In this document: in pieces, positions 10,635 through 22,168 of the stretch | How positions within the stretch are numbered: the first letter of the stretch is position 1 | Layout: each line of letters begins with the position of its first letter | Assembly: GCA_965657355.1 (NCBI GenBank) | Contig: CBFHOE010000004.1 | Span: 164,186 to 228,185 of the forward strand | DNA length: 64,000 nucleotides | Reading direction: 5' to 3' | Origin: Limisphaerales bacterium | Lineage (GTDB): Bacteria > Verrucomicrobiota > Verrucomicrobiia > Limisphaerales > JAJOIW01 | Notes under the pieces: model-generated | Database searches by the model: none | Told to the model about the DNA's origin: nothing | The model's input: only the letters and a program-made list of their open reading frames with translations | Position numbers and translations under genes: made by a program

Positions 10635-11699
10635 TTAGTAGTTTATGCTCACCTTTTTGCTGCCTTTATTAATCCGTCCAATAATATGGCAGGCAAAGCC
10701 ATTACGCTTAATAGTTGCTGCAATTTTCTTGCTATGCTTCGGTGCCACTATGCAAGTAAGTCCTATGCCCATGTTGAATACATGGAACATTTCCTCATTG
10801 GAGATTTTTCCATGCTCTTGTATGAGCTGGAAAATAGGCTGGGGAGTCCAAGCATGAGAGTCTACCAACGCATCGAGATTTTCCGGTAAATTTCTTGGGA
10901 TGTTGTCGTAAAAGCCTCCACCGGTAATGTGAGCCATCGCCTTGATGCCAGAAGGAGCTTTGGGTTTGTTGTAAGTCTTCAAGAGCTTTGCTATGAGCTG
11001 CCCATAACTGCGATGAATTCTAAGTAGCTCTTGGCCAATAGTTTTTTTGCCTAGACTGCTTACTTTACTTGAAATCTTTAACCCCATTTTATCAAACAAG
11101 ACATTTCTCGCCAGAGAGTATCCATTAGTATGAAGGCCATTAGACTCAATCCCTATAATCAAATCCCCTTCCTTTACCTTTGATCCGTCTAAAATTTTCT
11201 TTTTATCGACGATACCTACGATAGTTCCGCTGACATCATATTCACCCTTCTGATAGAATCCTGGCATCTGCGCCGTCTCTCCGCCTAGTAGTGAACAGTT
11301 GTTTTCGGCGCAGGCAATCGCAAAGCCTCTCAGGATATCTTGAAAGACCTTTGGTGTTAGTTTTCCAGTTCCAAGGTAATCGAGAAAAAACAAAGCCTCA
11401 GCCCCGAGTATGGCGATATCATTCACACAATGGTTGACCAGGTCTTGGCCAATGGTGAAATGTTTTTTTGTCATAAATGCAACTTTGAGCTTTGTGCCAA
11501 CACCATCCGCGCTTGAGACTAAAACAGGCTGCTTGTAATTTTTAGTGTTTAGAGCAAATAGCCCACCAAACCCACCGACTTCTCCTAAGACTTCAGGTCT
11601 TTTAGTCGATTCCAAAAGAGATGGTAAAGATTCTTTGATCCTGTTACCTAGCTCAATATCAACTCCAGATTTTGCGTATGCAGATGACTTGTTTCCCAT
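10635..11699 (-). CDS. purM: Phosphoribosylformylglycinamidine cyclo-ligase
   Basis: YAKSGVDI, GGFGGLF, DGVGTKL, GGETAQMPG, SNGLHTNGYSL, AHITGGG and FNMGIG. Confidence 0.97.
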   Translation of the reverse strand: MGNKSSAYAKSGVDIELGNRIKESLPSLLESTKRPEVLGEVGGFGGLFALNTKNYKQPVLVSSADGVGTKLKVAFMTKKHFTIGQDLVNHCVNDIAILGAEALFFLDYLGTGKLTPKVFQDILRGFAIACAENNCSLLGGETAQMPGFYQKGEYDVSGTIVGIVDKKKILDGSKVKEGDLIIGIESNGLHTNGYSLARNVLFDKMGLKISSKVSSLGKKTIGQELLRIHRSYGQLIAKLLKTYNKPKAPSGIKAMAHITGGGFYDNIPRNLPENLDALVDSHAWTPQPIFQLIQEHGKISNEEMFHVFNMGIGLTCIVAPKHSKKIAATIKRNGFACHIIGRINKGSKKVSINY

Positions 11700-11832
11700 A
11701 AATTTAGACCATTATCCGTGGGATAATAAAATTTTTGAAGTCTTTTGTGCTTGTGTCTTTAAATGGTTTATTTCCGGGTCAGGTGGTCAGTTTCTCATGG
11801 ACACATAAGACTGGTATATCAAAACATCCGGC

Positions 11833-14800
11833 TCAGGCGCGTGTTGGGAATTTTGCTCGTTCTAGAGCTTGATAAAGGTCGTCAAACTTCATGGGCTTCG
11901 AAATATAATCATCCATCCCTGATTGCAGGCACTTCTCCCTATCTCCCTCTAGTGAGTGGGCTGTTAAAGCTATAATCCAAGGTTGACCCTCAAGTAGTTC
12001 CATTTTGCGGATTTCTTGAGTTGCTTGGTAGCCATCCATTTCTGGCATTTGGCAATCTGTTAACACGATATCAAAGCATTCTTTCTTAAATTGATCCAGT
12101 AATTCGGCTCCGTTTTTCACCAAAACTGTTTGAAGTCCCATCTTTTTTAAATAGCGTTTGACTAATGCCGCATTCACCAAATTGTCTTCAGCCGTAATAA
12201 TTTTCGTTTTTGGAGGAATTGGTGAGCTCTCTAAAGGCTCAGAAATTTGAGGCCTACTAGCTTCTCTCGGATTCGCGTCGTCAGTCTGGGCGTTTGAATT
12301 GGTAGCAGAATCCTCGCCAGCATAGAGGTCAGACATTTGAAACGGGGTAAAGAGGACGTGATCCGAATCAAGTTCTTTTACTTCATCGTAATAGGAGGAG
12401 TCTGTCGCTAAAACAACGCCTATTTTATTTTTGCCTTTGCGAATAGTTTCTATTGTTGATTTAAATTCTTCCTTATCCGATGGATTAAAGCACAGCATTG
12501 CAGCTGCATTTGTTAAGACTTCGTTTTTATCGACCATTATGAAATCACTCACAGATTTAAATTTGTGGATTTTAATTTTTTGGCGGATCAATCCTGATGC
12601 ATAATCCCAGTCGGTTGGACAAAATGCCTCAAACATAATGAGATTATCCTGTTTGATTTTCTTTTTATGCGGGACTTTAGGTGTGAGAACATTGGTCAAT
12701 TTAACCGAAAACTGGCAGTTCGTTCCTTGACCTAATGTGCTTTTCAGAGAGATTTCACCACCCATTATTTCAACGAGTCTTTTACAGATAATCAAACCAA
12801 GGCCTGTCCCACCTTTTTGGCGAGTCATTGAGTCATCAGCTTGCTGGAAAGGCTGGAAAAGATGAGGCAACTCATTCTCATGAATGCCGATTCCTGTATC
12901 CTCTATCTCAAATTTTAAGATAACTTCTTTTCCAGAAACTTTCTCAACATCACATATAATTTTAATGGAGCCCTTCTCGGTAAATTTAATAGCATTCGTG
13001 ATGATATTTAAAAGAACTTGAATTATTCGGGTTTCGTCCCCGTATAGGACTAACGGCACATCTTTACCCACTTTTGAATATAAACGGAGATTCTTTTCTT
13101 TCAGATCATATCTGGTCATTGAGATGACTTCATCGATGACATTCTGAATATCGAATTCATTCAAACGAAGTTCCATCTTCCCTGCCTCGATCTTTGAAAA
13201 ATCTAAAATGTCATTGATAACTCTCAGTAGGCTTTTTGAGCAATCCTGTATGGTTGCAGCACATTTTCTATTCTCGCTATCCAATTGCGATTTGAGCAAA
13301 AGGTCTGCCATACCTACAACACCGTTCATTGGTGTTCTTAGTTCATGAGACATGTTCGCCAGAAATTGACTTTTCGCCTTATTTGCCGATTCCGCCAAAT
13401 TCCGGAGTTGCTCCTCTTTCTGCAGCGTTTCTTTTAAGCGTGATGTTTGCCTTTCCACTTGGGATTGCAGTGTGTTTACCCAAACTGTAGCTAGTATAAT
13501 CAGCGCTGCGATGGTAATTATGATTGAGGGCCCCAAACTGCCCAGAGCACTTTTATACCTGCTTATGACACCGATGTCTGTAGCATTGTCTACCAGAATA
13601 ATAGGTAAACTTTTTTCTCCACTATCGTCGATTGGGCTTGATATATCCGATGCAATCCCAATTAAACTAATCAGCGAGGCATCGGTAAGACTTAATTCAT
13701 CTATCCTTTCATTGTAATCCTCAACTTCGACCAAATAATTATGATCCGCGATTTGTATTTTGAAACGAGCTCTACCCTCGTCCATTTGGAGGGAATCCTT
13801 GACCATGGATCCTGAGATGTTGTATCTGGCTAATGGTTCTAATGTTTCCTTGCCAATAATTTCGTTCATTCCAATTGGTGGGTAGGGAATCCTTGCATTG
13901 GAAAAGTTAATCTTGAAGATCTGACTAAATATTTTCTCATTGATTTCATTGTAATAATATCTGACATCATCCCCCTTTTTGTATGGGAAAACTGTATTGG
14001 TAAAGACTTTGATTCGCTTACCTATTTCTTCTAATACGACATATTCATTGCCGACAAACGTCACGATGCCAGTTCCCTCTTGTGACATAAAGCTGCCCCT
14101 CGCAGGACCTTCACGATTTGCCTCATTAATCATGAGATCCAAGTCCAACTCTTTTCCATTCTTGGTCAATTCTAATTGATCAAGTGAAAGTGCATTAAGT
14201 TGAAGCGGGTAGGGAGGCAATAGGTGGTCCGAAAAGTAAATACCTAAATTCCCAATGGCTTTGGCGCTCGATCCGATTAATAATTCGGAAAATCGCAGAG
14301 GGATTATTGATTTTAAATAAACCGAGATGGTATTTGGGGTTCCTTTTTGCCGACCGTGTAAAACAGTGCCATCAGGCTTGATTGTTACCCCTTCGACAAC
14401 CATATCAGTTTTAATTAATGCACAATCATGGGCGATTATATCGATGTCTCCAACATTAATATCCAATGGAGTGAGGGGCGATTGAGACGACTTGATTTTA
14501 ACGCTTTCTGGCCTCAGGACTGGCAAAAAATCCCCTGGAACGATTTTTGTTGTTAATATTAACTCATCACCAGTTTTTATTTCTCCCATTTTATTATAGC
14601 CACCAACAAAAATGCCTTCCCAACCGTCAATAAGAAAAAAATATTTATACGTTTCATGCACGAAACCGACTGTCCCACCAATTTGGTATGTCGCTTCATA
14701 ATCTAATCCAAGCCCTGCTTTGAGTTCGGATATTTTTAATTTGTTTAAACTTTGTTCGTTTTTGGAATCGTCGTTGCTCGCAGAATCCCCAATATCGAGA

Positions 14801-14892
14801 AACTGACCAATCGAATCGGGCAACGCAGCACACAGCAAAAAGAAAGAAATGAACTGTGCTACTAAACTTGATCTAGTTTTGCTTAATCGCAT
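11833..14892 (-). CDS. Hybrid sensor histidine kinase/response regulator
   Basis: Large N-terminal extracytoplasmic region and a TM helix. H-box [26 protein letters not shown] and GGTGLGL. C-terminal receiver AEDNLVN...[10 protein letters not shown]...KP. Confidence 0.93.
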   Translation of the reverse strand: MRLSKTRSSLVAQFISFFLLCAALPDSIGQFLDIGDSASNDDSKNEQSLNKLKISELKAGLGLDYEATYQIGGTVGFVHETYKYFFLIDGWEGIFVGGYNKMGEIKTGDELILTTKIVPGDFLPVLRPESVKIKSSQSPLTPLDINVGDIDIIAHDCALIKTDMVVEGVTIKPDGTVLHGRQKGTPNTISVYLKSIIPLRFSELLIGSSAKAIGNLGIYFSDHLLPPYPLQLNALSLDQLELTKNGKELDLDLMINEANREGPARGSFMSQEGTGIVTFVGNEYVVLEEIGKRIKVFTNTVFPYKKGDDVRYYYNEINEKIFSQIFKINFSNARIPYPPIGMNEIIGKETLEPLARYNISGSMVKDSLQMDEGRARFKIQIADHNYLVEVEDYNERIDELSLTDASLISLIGIASDISSPIDDSGEKSLPIILVDNATDIGVISRYKSALGSLGPSIIITIAALIILATVWVNTLQSQVERQTSRLKETLQKEEQLRNLAESANKAKSQFLANMSHELRTPMNGVVGMADLLLKSQLDSENRKCAATIQDCSKSLLRVINDILDFSKIEAGKMELRLNEFDIQNVIDEVISMTRYDLKEKNLRLYSKVGKDVPLVLYGDETRIIQVLLNIITNAIKFTEKGSIKIICDVEKVSGKEVILKFEIEDTGIGIHENELPHLFQPFQQADDSMTRQKGGTGLGLIICKRLVEIMGGEISLKSTLGQGTNCQFSVKLTNVLTPKVPHKKKIKQDNLIMFEAFCPTDWDYASGLIRQKIKIHKFKSVSDFIMVDKNEVLTNAAAMLCFNPSDKEEFKSTIETIRKGKNKIGVVLATDSSYYDEVKELDSDHVLFTPFQMSDLYAGEDSATNSNAQTDDANPREASRPQISEPLESSPIPPKTKIITAEDNLVNAALVKRYLKKMGLQTVLVKNGAELLDQFKKECFDIVLTDCQMPEMDGYQATQEIRKMELLEGQPWIIALTAHSLEGDREKCLQSGMDDYISKPMKFDDLYQALERAKFPTRA

Positions 14893-15111
14893 TATCTATC
14901 GCTAACCCTAGTAAATATTGATAATGTTAGGAAGTTTTAACTTCAGGGTTTATCCATAACATCGAAATAAGTCGGAATCCAAAAACGAAATATTGTTTCC
15001 GCAAAAAATTTGTGGTCTGGACAACTTTCACTTATCAGTAATTTAAACTTTAAAATATAGTTAAAAAAAGCTGCAAAACTTTTTAATACTATTTATTATT
15101 ACGCATTACCT

Positions 15112-18100
15112 ATGAATTATTCTTTAACTAAAAATCGCTACGATTGCATATTTCACGGGCCTATTTGGACTTTGATCATCGCGATACTCACCTTGGGCAT
15201 TCCTTTTGACTCAGTTCGGGCTCAAACCGGAGCCAAGTGGATTTGGTCAACCAACAAAGATGAGGCACTCCCAAACGAGACCGTTTACTTTACAAGATCC
15301 TTCGATCTCAAAGATAAAGTCAAATCGGCTCAGCTTTACATCTCATGCGATAATACTTTTACAGCATGGATCAATGGTCAAAAAGTGGCCCAAGGAGCGG
15401 ATTGGAATAACCCGGTCTCCGTGAATGTGTCAAAGTTTATGAAGGCCAATGGATCCCAGTTACTGTCCATAAAAGGCGGGAATGATAACGGCAACACTGC
15501 AGGCCTGCTCGTCGACCTTCGGGTGTCGCTTAAAAATGGGAAAATACTTGCCATAAAGTCTGATGGACAATGGAAATGGTCTAGAAAAGTTTCAAAGGGG
15601 TGGAATAAACCAGGATTTAATTCAAAAAACTGGGCAAATGCCAATGTCAGTGGGGCGTATGGTATTTCTCCTTGGGGAAAAATCGGATCAGGTTCAAAGC
15701 CATCAGCGCCTGATAACAAAAAAATATCCTCAGGACTGGAAATTGCCAAAGGGTTCAAAATTGATAAAATATACGATGTTCCCAAGTCGAATCAGGGATC
15801 GTGGGTCGCATTAACGATCGGACCAGACGGAAAACTTTTGGCAAGTGACCAAGGAGGAATGGGGCTTTTTGAGATTGATGTGGATAGCGATGGAAATCTC
15901 AAATCTGTTGAAAAATTGCCAATCGACATTTCGGGAGCTCAAGGTATGACATGGGCCTTTGATAGTCTTTACGCGCATGTCAACGGTAAAGGGTTATACC
16001 GGGCATTCGACAAAGATAATGACGGTCAGCTCGATTCAGTCGAAATGCTTCAGGGTCCCAATGGCGGTGGAGAGCATGGAAACCATGCCGTGATACTCAC
16101 TGAAGACAAACAAGACCTTTACGTCGTCGCTGGAAACCACACAAGCGTTCCCAAATTCATAAAGAAATCGAGGATTGATATGGACTGGAAAGAAGATCTT
16201 TTGCTGCCACGGCAATGGGATGCACGTGGCCATGCACGTGGTCGACTCGCACCGGGTGGTTGGATTGCTCGAATCAATGAGGAAGCCAACGATTGGGAAA
16301 TTGTCAGCATTGGTTACAGAAATCAGTATGACGTCGCCATAAATAGGCATGGTGATATGTTTACTTACGATGCTGATATGGAATGGGATATGGGATCACC
16401 TTGGTATCGCCCAACTAGAATTTGCCATGTGACATCTGGGAGTGAATTTGGTTGGAGGAGTGGCACCGGAAAATGGCCTTCATATTTTGAAGATTCTCTT
16501 CCATCAACTGTTGACATTGGCCCAGGGTGTCCAACTGGTGTGGTATTTGGCACCGGCGCTAAGTTTCCCGCTAAATATCAAGATGCGCTTTATGTCCTGG
16601 ACTGGACTTTTGGTACCGTTTACGCAACGCATCTTATTCCTGACGGATCGAGTTACAAGGCGACGACAGAGGAATTTATCACGGGAAGCCCTTTTCCTGT
16701 AACGGACGCCATAGTCGGGCACGATGGTGCTCTTTACATCACTGTTGGTGGTAGAGGTACCCAATCAGCTTTGTATAGAGTCACCTACACAGGTCCCGAG
16801 TCGACTGCTCCAGCAACGGGAGGACTCGACGAAAAGACTCGTTTGGCAAGGAGTAAAAGATTGCGATTGGAGCAATGGCACAGACCAGACGCGCCTCCCG
16901 CTGTCAAATACATCTGGCCAGAACTATCTTCCAGTGATCGTTTTATTAGATATGCCGCAAGAGTGGCTCTTGAGCACCAGCCTGTTGACAGCTGGAAAGA
17001 AAAGGCGTTTTCATCCAAAAATATCCAAGCGGTTATCTCTTCAATTATTGCATGGGCACGTCAGGGCGATACAAGCGACTATCATAGAGCTCTCAAATCA
17101 CTACTCACCATAGATTTAAATGATTGCGACAAAGGCCAAATTTTAGGTCTTTTGAGAGCTTATTCATTGTGTTTCATAAGGCATGGAGAGCCTTCCCCCG
17201 AACTCAAAAATGCCATCATCAATCATTTACACCATATTGATACTGAAAATGATAGAGACCTACAATCGGAGTGGGTGCGATTAAACGTTTATCTTGATGG
17301 CCCGGATGTCGTGGAAAAAGCCCTCGCATTTATTAATGATGATAAAAAGGAAAGGATACCTTCTTGGGGTGGCTTGATTGCTCGAAATGCTCGTTATGGC
17401 GGGACCATATCTCAGATGCTTTCGAATATGCCCCCAGCAAGTAAGATATACATAGCGTTCCATTTAAGAAACGTTGAGTTCGGATGGACGGTCGAACAAA
17501 GGAAACAGTATTTTGATTTTCTTTCCACGGCATCAACCCATAGTGGCGGTGCTAGTTACAGGGGCTTTATCGATAATATTCGCAAAGATGCATTGGCGAA
17601 ATGCTCAGATTCCGAGCTGGCCGCTTTGAAAGATCTCAACAGTGGTCAATCGACGCAAATAGCCGTTTTCAAATCGACCCCGCCCAAAGGGCCAGGCCGA
17701 AACTGGACGGTAGACGCTGCCGTTTCCGCAGTTAATGCCTCAGGCTCCAAGCCAGATTTTGATTCAGGTAGAAATCTTTTCCACGCCACTGCTTGTTCGG
17801 CTTGTCACTTGTTCGCTGGTGAGGGTGGCGCCATAGGCCCTGACCTTTCGTCTGTCAGAAATAAGTTCTCGGTCCATGACTTGGTCGAGAGTATTGTTGA
17901 GCCTAGTAAAGTCATATCAGATCAATACGGTTCTTCCATAGTGAATACAAAATCTGGTCAGGCTTTGCAGGGGAGAGTCATCTCTCGCATGGGCGATGAC
18001 AACCAAGTGGATAGATACGAAGTCTATTCTGCTGATCCTGAAGCAAAGCCTGTTGTTGTGAAAGCCTCAGACGTCAGATCAGTCAAAGAGTCGCCAGTTT

Positions 18101-18207
18101 CCCAAATGCCGCCTGGTCTCATGAATTCGCTTAATCCATCTGAAGTTAAAGACCTTGTGGCTTATCTTCTTTCAAGAGGGAATAAAAATGATCCTATTTA
18201 TCAATAG
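15112..18207 (+). CDS. PVC-type heme-binding dehydrogenase-like protein (jelly-roll N-domain, sorbosone-dehydrogenase-like propeller, HEAT-like region, cytochrome c)
   Basis: Signal peptide, GYRNQYDVA, DADMEWD and GPGCPTG. C-terminal CSACH...IGPDLS...SQMPPGL heme domain typical of Planctomycete/Verrucomicrobia proteins. Confidence 0.85.
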   Translation: MNYSLTKNRYDCIFHGPIWTLIIAILTLGIPFDSVRAQTGAKWIWSTNKDEALPNETVYFTRSFDLKDKVKSAQLYISCDNTFTAWINGQKVAQGADWNNPVSVNVSKFMKANGSQLLSIKGGNDNGNTAGLLVDLRVSLKNGKILAIKSDGQWKWSRKVSKGWNKPGFNSKNWANANVSGAYGISPWGKIGSGSKPSAPDNKKISSGLEIAKGFKIDKIYDVPKSNQGSWVALTIGPDGKLLASDQGGMGLFEIDVDSDGNLKSVEKLPIDISGAQGMTWAFDSLYAHVNGKGLYRAFDKDNDGQLDSVEMLQGPNGGGEHGNHAVILTEDKQDLYVVAGNHTSVPKFIKKSRIDMDWKEDLLLPRQWDARGHARGRLAPGGWIARINEEANDWEIVSIGYRNQYDVAINRHGDMFTYDADMEWDMGSPWYRPTRICHVTSGSEFGWRSGTGKWPSYFEDSLPSTVDIGPGCPTGVVFGTGAKFPAKYQDALYVLDWTFGTVYATHLIPDGSSYKATTEEFITGSPFPVTDAIVGHDGALYITVGGRGTQSALYRVTYTGPESTAPATGGLDEKTRLARSKRLRLEQWHRPDAPPAVKYIWPELSSSDRFIRYAARVALEHQPVDSWKEKAFSSKNIQAVISSIIAWARQGDTSDYHRALKSLLTIDLNDCDKGQILGLLRAYSLCFIRHGEPSPELKNAIINHLHHIDTENDRDLQSEWVRLNVYLDGPDVVEKALAFINDDKKERIPSWGGLIARNARYGGTISQMLSNMPPASKIYIAFHLRNVEFGWTVEQRKQYFDFLSTASTHSGGASYRGFIDNIRKDALAKCSDSELAALKDLNSGQSTQIAVFKSTPPKGPGRNWTVDAAVSAVNASGSKPDFDSGRNLFHATACSACHLFAGEGGAIGPDLSSVRNKFSVHDLVESIVEPSKVISDQYGSSIVNTKSGQALQGRVISRMGDDNQVDRYEVYSADPEAKPVVVKASDVRSVKESPVSQMPPGLMNSLNPSEVKDLVAYLLSRGNKNDPIYQ

Positions 18208-18239
18208 TCATTCGGCCATTTAGATTAATTCCAAAAAAC

Positions 18240-18274
18240 AAAAAAAGGCGTCCTGCGGTGGGCGCCTTTTTTTT
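18240..18274. terminator. Bidirectional rho-independent terminator
   Basis: A-run + GGCGTCC-tgcggt-GGGCGCC + T-run between convergent genes. Confidence 0.85.
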
Positions 18275-19205
18275 AAGAAATGTAAATTACAGCCAACGCC
18301 CACGAAGCCCATACTATAATTAGAAAAATAATAAGTGACATTATGTTGACTAGATTTTGATAACCATTTCCTCTGGCTAACGATTTTTCGAGAAAGAAAC
18401 TCAAAACAATCCCTAATAGCAATCCGGCAAGGTGAGCGACCCAATTGGAGGCGGGGTTCAATCCCATCAAGCCAAACAATGAAACGACACCGATTACGGA
18501 TCGATGCTTTCGAAATAAGGATATAAGCTGCTTTGAATTTGGCCCCAAATTTGTTGCTTTAGCAGATGCCATAAGACCCAACGAGCCAAATATCATTCCT
18601 GAAGCACCGAGAGACGTCCAGTTATGCTGAGAGGAAAATTTATACATGCAGTAAACACAATTGGCACCAATCCCAGACAAAAGAGAAAAAAGGAGGCCAA
18701 TCCCTGTTCCATGCCTCCAACAAGCTAATGAGATAAATACGAAGCCAAAGATTAAGTTTAATGATAAATGCTGTAAATCTCCGTGCAGGCATATTGACGT
18801 GATGAGCCTAAAATATTGGGCCTCATTAATTGTGGCTGTGTTTAATATGCCAAGTCGATTCAATTGAAAATCATCCGCGGGGGAGACGACGAATAAAAAT
18901 GCCAAAAATGCAAGCCAACCTAAAACGATCCCGTTCATGAAAATTTTCAGTGAAATTGACCCCTCTAGCCCCGATTGATCTGAAATATTGCTCAGTTCAG
19001 TCTTCTGCTCCAATTTCAGGAGACTCAAAAGGTGTAAGCTTTTTCTCTCATCTGTTTGACAGACAATCACACCCCATTTCCTTTCACGCTCGACAAAATT
19101 GGGTATGCAATCAATCCCGTAAGAAAATAATGTCAGAGCCAGGTCCATACATTCCTTTTTCCCCGAGGTCGTGATGAATGTCATATCTGAGGAATTATCT
19201 ATCAT
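18273..19205 (-). CDS. Rhomboid family intramembrane serine protease
   Basis: YFRLITSICLHGDLQHLSLN, catalytic GASG, AHLAG and several TM helices. Confidence 0.88.
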   Translation of the reverse strand: MIDNSSDMTFITTSGKKECMDLALTLFSYGIDCIPNFVERERKWGVIVCQTDERKSLHLLSLLKLEQKTELSNISDQSGLEGSISLKIFMNGIVLGWLAFLAFLFVVSPADDFQLNRLGILNTATINEAQYFRLITSICLHGDLQHLSLNLIFGFVFISLACWRHGTGIGLLFSLLSGIGANCVYCMYKFSSQHNWTSLGASGMIFGSLGLMASAKATNLGPNSKQLISLFRKHRSVIGVVSLFGLMGLNPASNWVAHLAGLLLGIVLSFFLEKSLARGNGYQNLVNIMSLIIFLIIVWASWALAVIYIS

Positions 19206-19389
19206 TTAGTGAATAAAAAACGGGAGGCGAATTCCGGTTTGCCATTTCATCATTTGACAATTGTAAGAGAATTCTGGTCACAATGGTTCTGATCGGATAG
19301 AAATATCCATCTATAAAAAAAATGGACTCGAGCTGGTTATCAAGAATCGTTCATATTTTAATAATAACCAGTTCATTATCTAATAAAAA

Positions 19390-22086
19390 ATGACAAGTAA
19401 GGATATTAGAAAGTCGTTTCTAGAATTTTTCAAATCAAAGGATCACTCAATAGTAGAGTCTTCCAGCCTTATGCCAGATGCTCCGAATCTGCTTTTTACC
19501 AACGCTGGCATGAATCAATTCGTTCCATATTTTTTGGGAGAACAAAAATGCCCATATGATCCCCCGCGGGCCGCTGATACTCAAAAATGTATTCGAGCTG
19601 GGGGTAAGCATAACGATTTGGAAGATGTGGGTATGGATACTTACCATCACACATTTTTTGAAATGCTGGGTAATTGGAGCTTTGGAAATTATTTTAAAAA
19701 AGAGGCTATTGATTGGGCGTGGGAGCTTCTCGTCAATGTTTGGAAATTCCCGGTAAACCGGCTCTATGCCACGGTTTACTCTCCGGATAAAAAAGCTGGT
19801 GACCCCAGCGAATTTGATCAAGAAGCTTATGATATTTGGGCTGAAAAATTTGTCTCGGTCGGGCTCGACCCAACAATCCACATTGTAAACGGAAATAAAA
19901 AAGACAATTTCTGGATGATGGGCGAAACGGGTCCATGTGGTCCATGCTCAGAAGTTCACGTTGATCTCACAGAGAGTGGAGATTCGCTTGGCAAACTTGT
20001 CAACATGGACAGTCCTGAATGCATTGAAATTTGGAACCTCGTCTTCATCCAATACAACGCTAATCCTGATGGAACATTTACTGACTTACCTGCTAAGCAT
20101 GTTGATACCGGCATGGGGTTTGAGCGGGTCGCAAGCCTCATTCAAAATACGGAACACTTTACAAAATTTGATGGCCTCATCTCTAATTACGAAACAGATG
20201 TGTTTCGTCCTATTTTCGAAGCCTTGGAAAAATTAAGTGGTAAAAGATATACATCAACATTACCCGAACTAGGGCAAAAAGAATTTGCACCACAGGAAAA
20301 AGAAGATGTTGCTTTTAGGGTCATTGCAGATCATATCCGGACATTAAGTTTTTCGATCGCGGATGGAATTCTTCCAGGGAACACTGATAGAAATTATGTT
20401 TTGAGGAGAATATTGCGTCGAGCTGTCCGTTACGGGCGAACTTTAGGTTTCACGGAACCCTTCTTTTATAAATTGGTTCCCGTTTTGGTTGAGCACATGG
20501 GAGAATTTTTCCCCGAACTCGCTAAACGACAGTCTGCTATTGCAGAAACCCTGCTTGAAGAGGAGAGATCATTTAACAAAACTCTTGATAGAGGAATACA
20601 ACTATTTCAAGAGAATACCAAAAATCTGTTATCCGGTGATCGGCTATCCGGAGAAATCGCATTCAAGCTATACGATACCTACGGGTTTCCTCTCGATCTC
20701 ACTGAATTAATGTGCAGGGAAAATGGCTTCGGTATTGATATGGATCGTTTCGATGCCTTGATGGAGGAGCAAAAGCAAAGGGCGCGGGGCAGTCGATCCA
20801 ATAAGGTTATAAGTGTCACTGATATTGATACATCAGTTCAGACCGAGTTCGTAGGATTCACTAATCACAAATGTGAAAGCATCGTAAAAGATGTTGTGGA
20901 TGTGAATGGTGAAAAAGCAGTGATCTTTGAAAAGTCACCTTTCTACGCCGAGATGGGTGGTCAGTTGGGAGATACCGGCCGACTCATAGTAGAGAGCCAA
21001 CAATTTGGTATTCGCAATACGACGAAAGTCGAGAATACCTTTCTTCACTTTATTGAAGGCAACCAAGAGCCAAATGTAGGAGATCTGGCCACATTGGTCG
21101 TCGATTCTGAAAGAAGGCGGTCGCTTGAGAGGCACCACACAGTGACTCACCTACTACATTGGGCTTTGCATGAAATCGTAGGTAGAGAGGTTTCTCAAAA
21201 AGGTTCTTATGTTGGACCCGACAAATTAACCTTCGACTTTAATTCCAAGCCGCTTACGGCTCAGCAGGTGGCTGATGTAGAAAAACTGGTTAACCAACGC
21301 ATCATGGAGAATGCTGAAGTCTCATGGTTTGAGACTCCTTATAGCCTGATTAAAGATAATCCTGAAATAATGCAAGCCTTTGGAGAGAAGTATGGAGAAA
21401 CCGTAAGAGTTGTTCATATAGGAGGAGATGCCAAAAAGTTGAATGGCTTTTCCATAGAGCTTTGTGGCGGTACTCATACATCTCGGACTGGTGAAATCGG
21501 CCTCTTCAATATCATCAGTGAAGGTGCATCTTCCGCTGGTATCAGAAGAATAGAAGCTATCTCAGGTTGGCCTGCATTCGAAAATGTAATAGAAATCGAA
21601 TCTAAATATCATAGCATTGCATCAACCCTTGGTTGCCCTGTTGCCGAGATTTCAAGAAAAGTTGAGGCCCTGATTGATTCCAAAAAACAATTGGAAAAAC
21701 AGCTCAAGTCCATGAGGCAATCTCAAGCTGCTGATCGTGCCAAAGACCTTTTGCAAGGTGTTGAAGATATTAATGGATTAAAAGTAATATCGTCTGTTGT
21801 CGATGGTGACGGTGATATTGGGCAAGCCATGACAGAAGCTATTAAATCTAGTTTTAAAGGAATTGTCTTATTAATTGCTAAAGATGAGGGGAAACTTTCA
21901 TTGCACGCTTCGGTCAGTAAAGAGCTGACCCAAAAAGTAAAGGCAGGAGATATTATTAAAACCGTAGCTCCTGTAGTTGGTGGCAAAGGTGGTGGCAGAC
22001 CGGACAGCGCTCGTGGAGCTGGATCGAAACCACAAAATGCTCAATTAGCTATCACAGCACTTAAAGAATATATCCAGAAACTATAG
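19390..22086 (+). CDS. alaS: Alanine--tRNA ligase
   Basis: LLFTNAGMNQF, HHTFFEMLGNWSFG, DTGMGFER, editing domain HHTVTHLLH and ELCGGTH, C-terminal GGKGGGRPD. Confidence 0.98.
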   Translation: MTSKDIRKSFLEFFKSKDHSIVESSSLMPDAPNLLFTNAGMNQFVPYFLGEQKCPYDPPRAADTQKCIRAGGKHNDLEDVGMDTYHHTFFEMLGNWSFGNYFKKEAIDWAWELLVNVWKFPVNRLYATVYSPDKKAGDPSEFDQEAYDIWAEKFVSVGLDPTIHIVNGNKKDNFWMMGETGPCGPCSEVHVDLTESGDSLGKLVNMDSPECIEIWNLVFIQYNANPDGTFTDLPAKHVDTGMGFERVASLIQNTEHFTKFDGLISNYETDVFRPIFEALEKLSGKRYTSTLPELGQKEFAPQEKEDVAFRVIADHIRTLSFSIADGILPGNTDRNYVLRRILRRAVRYGRTLGFTEPFFYKLVPVLVEHMGEFFPELAKRQSAIAETLLEEERSFNKTLDRGIQLFQENTKNLLSGDRLSGEIAFKLYDTYGFPLDLTELMCRENGFGIDMDRFDALMEEQKQRARGSRSNKVISVTDIDTSVQTEFVGFTNHKCESIVKDVVDVNGEKAVIFEKSPFYAEMGGQLGDTGRLIVESQQFGIRNTTKVENTFLHFIEGNQEPNVGDLATLVVDSERRRSLERHHTVTHLLHWALHEIVGREVSQKGSYVGPDKLTFDFNSKPLTAQQVADVEKLVNQRIMENAEVSWFETPYSLIKDNPEIMQAFGEKYGETVRVVHIGGDAKKLNGFSIELCGGTHTSRTGEIGLFNIISEGASSAGIRRIEAISGWPAFENVIEIESKYHSIASTLGCPVAEISRKVEALIDSKKQLEKQLKSMRQSQAADRAKDLLQGVEDINGLKVISSVVDGDGDIGQAMTEAIKSSFKGIVLLIAKDEGKLSLHASVSKELTQKVKAGDIIKTVAPVVGGKGGGRPDSARGAGSKPQNAQLAITALKEYIQKL

Positions 22087-22115
22087 GAATTCCTTTTTTC
22101 TTTATATACATAACA

Positions 22116-22150
22116 AAAAAGAGTGGGTAACTATGTCGCCCACTCTTTTT
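22116..22150. terminator. Bidirectional rho-independent terminator
   Basis: AAAAAGAGTGGG...CCCACTCTTTTT inverted repeat between alaS and the convergent gene. Confidence 0.85.
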
Positions 22151-22168
22151 CTTGATATTCGCTACTAA

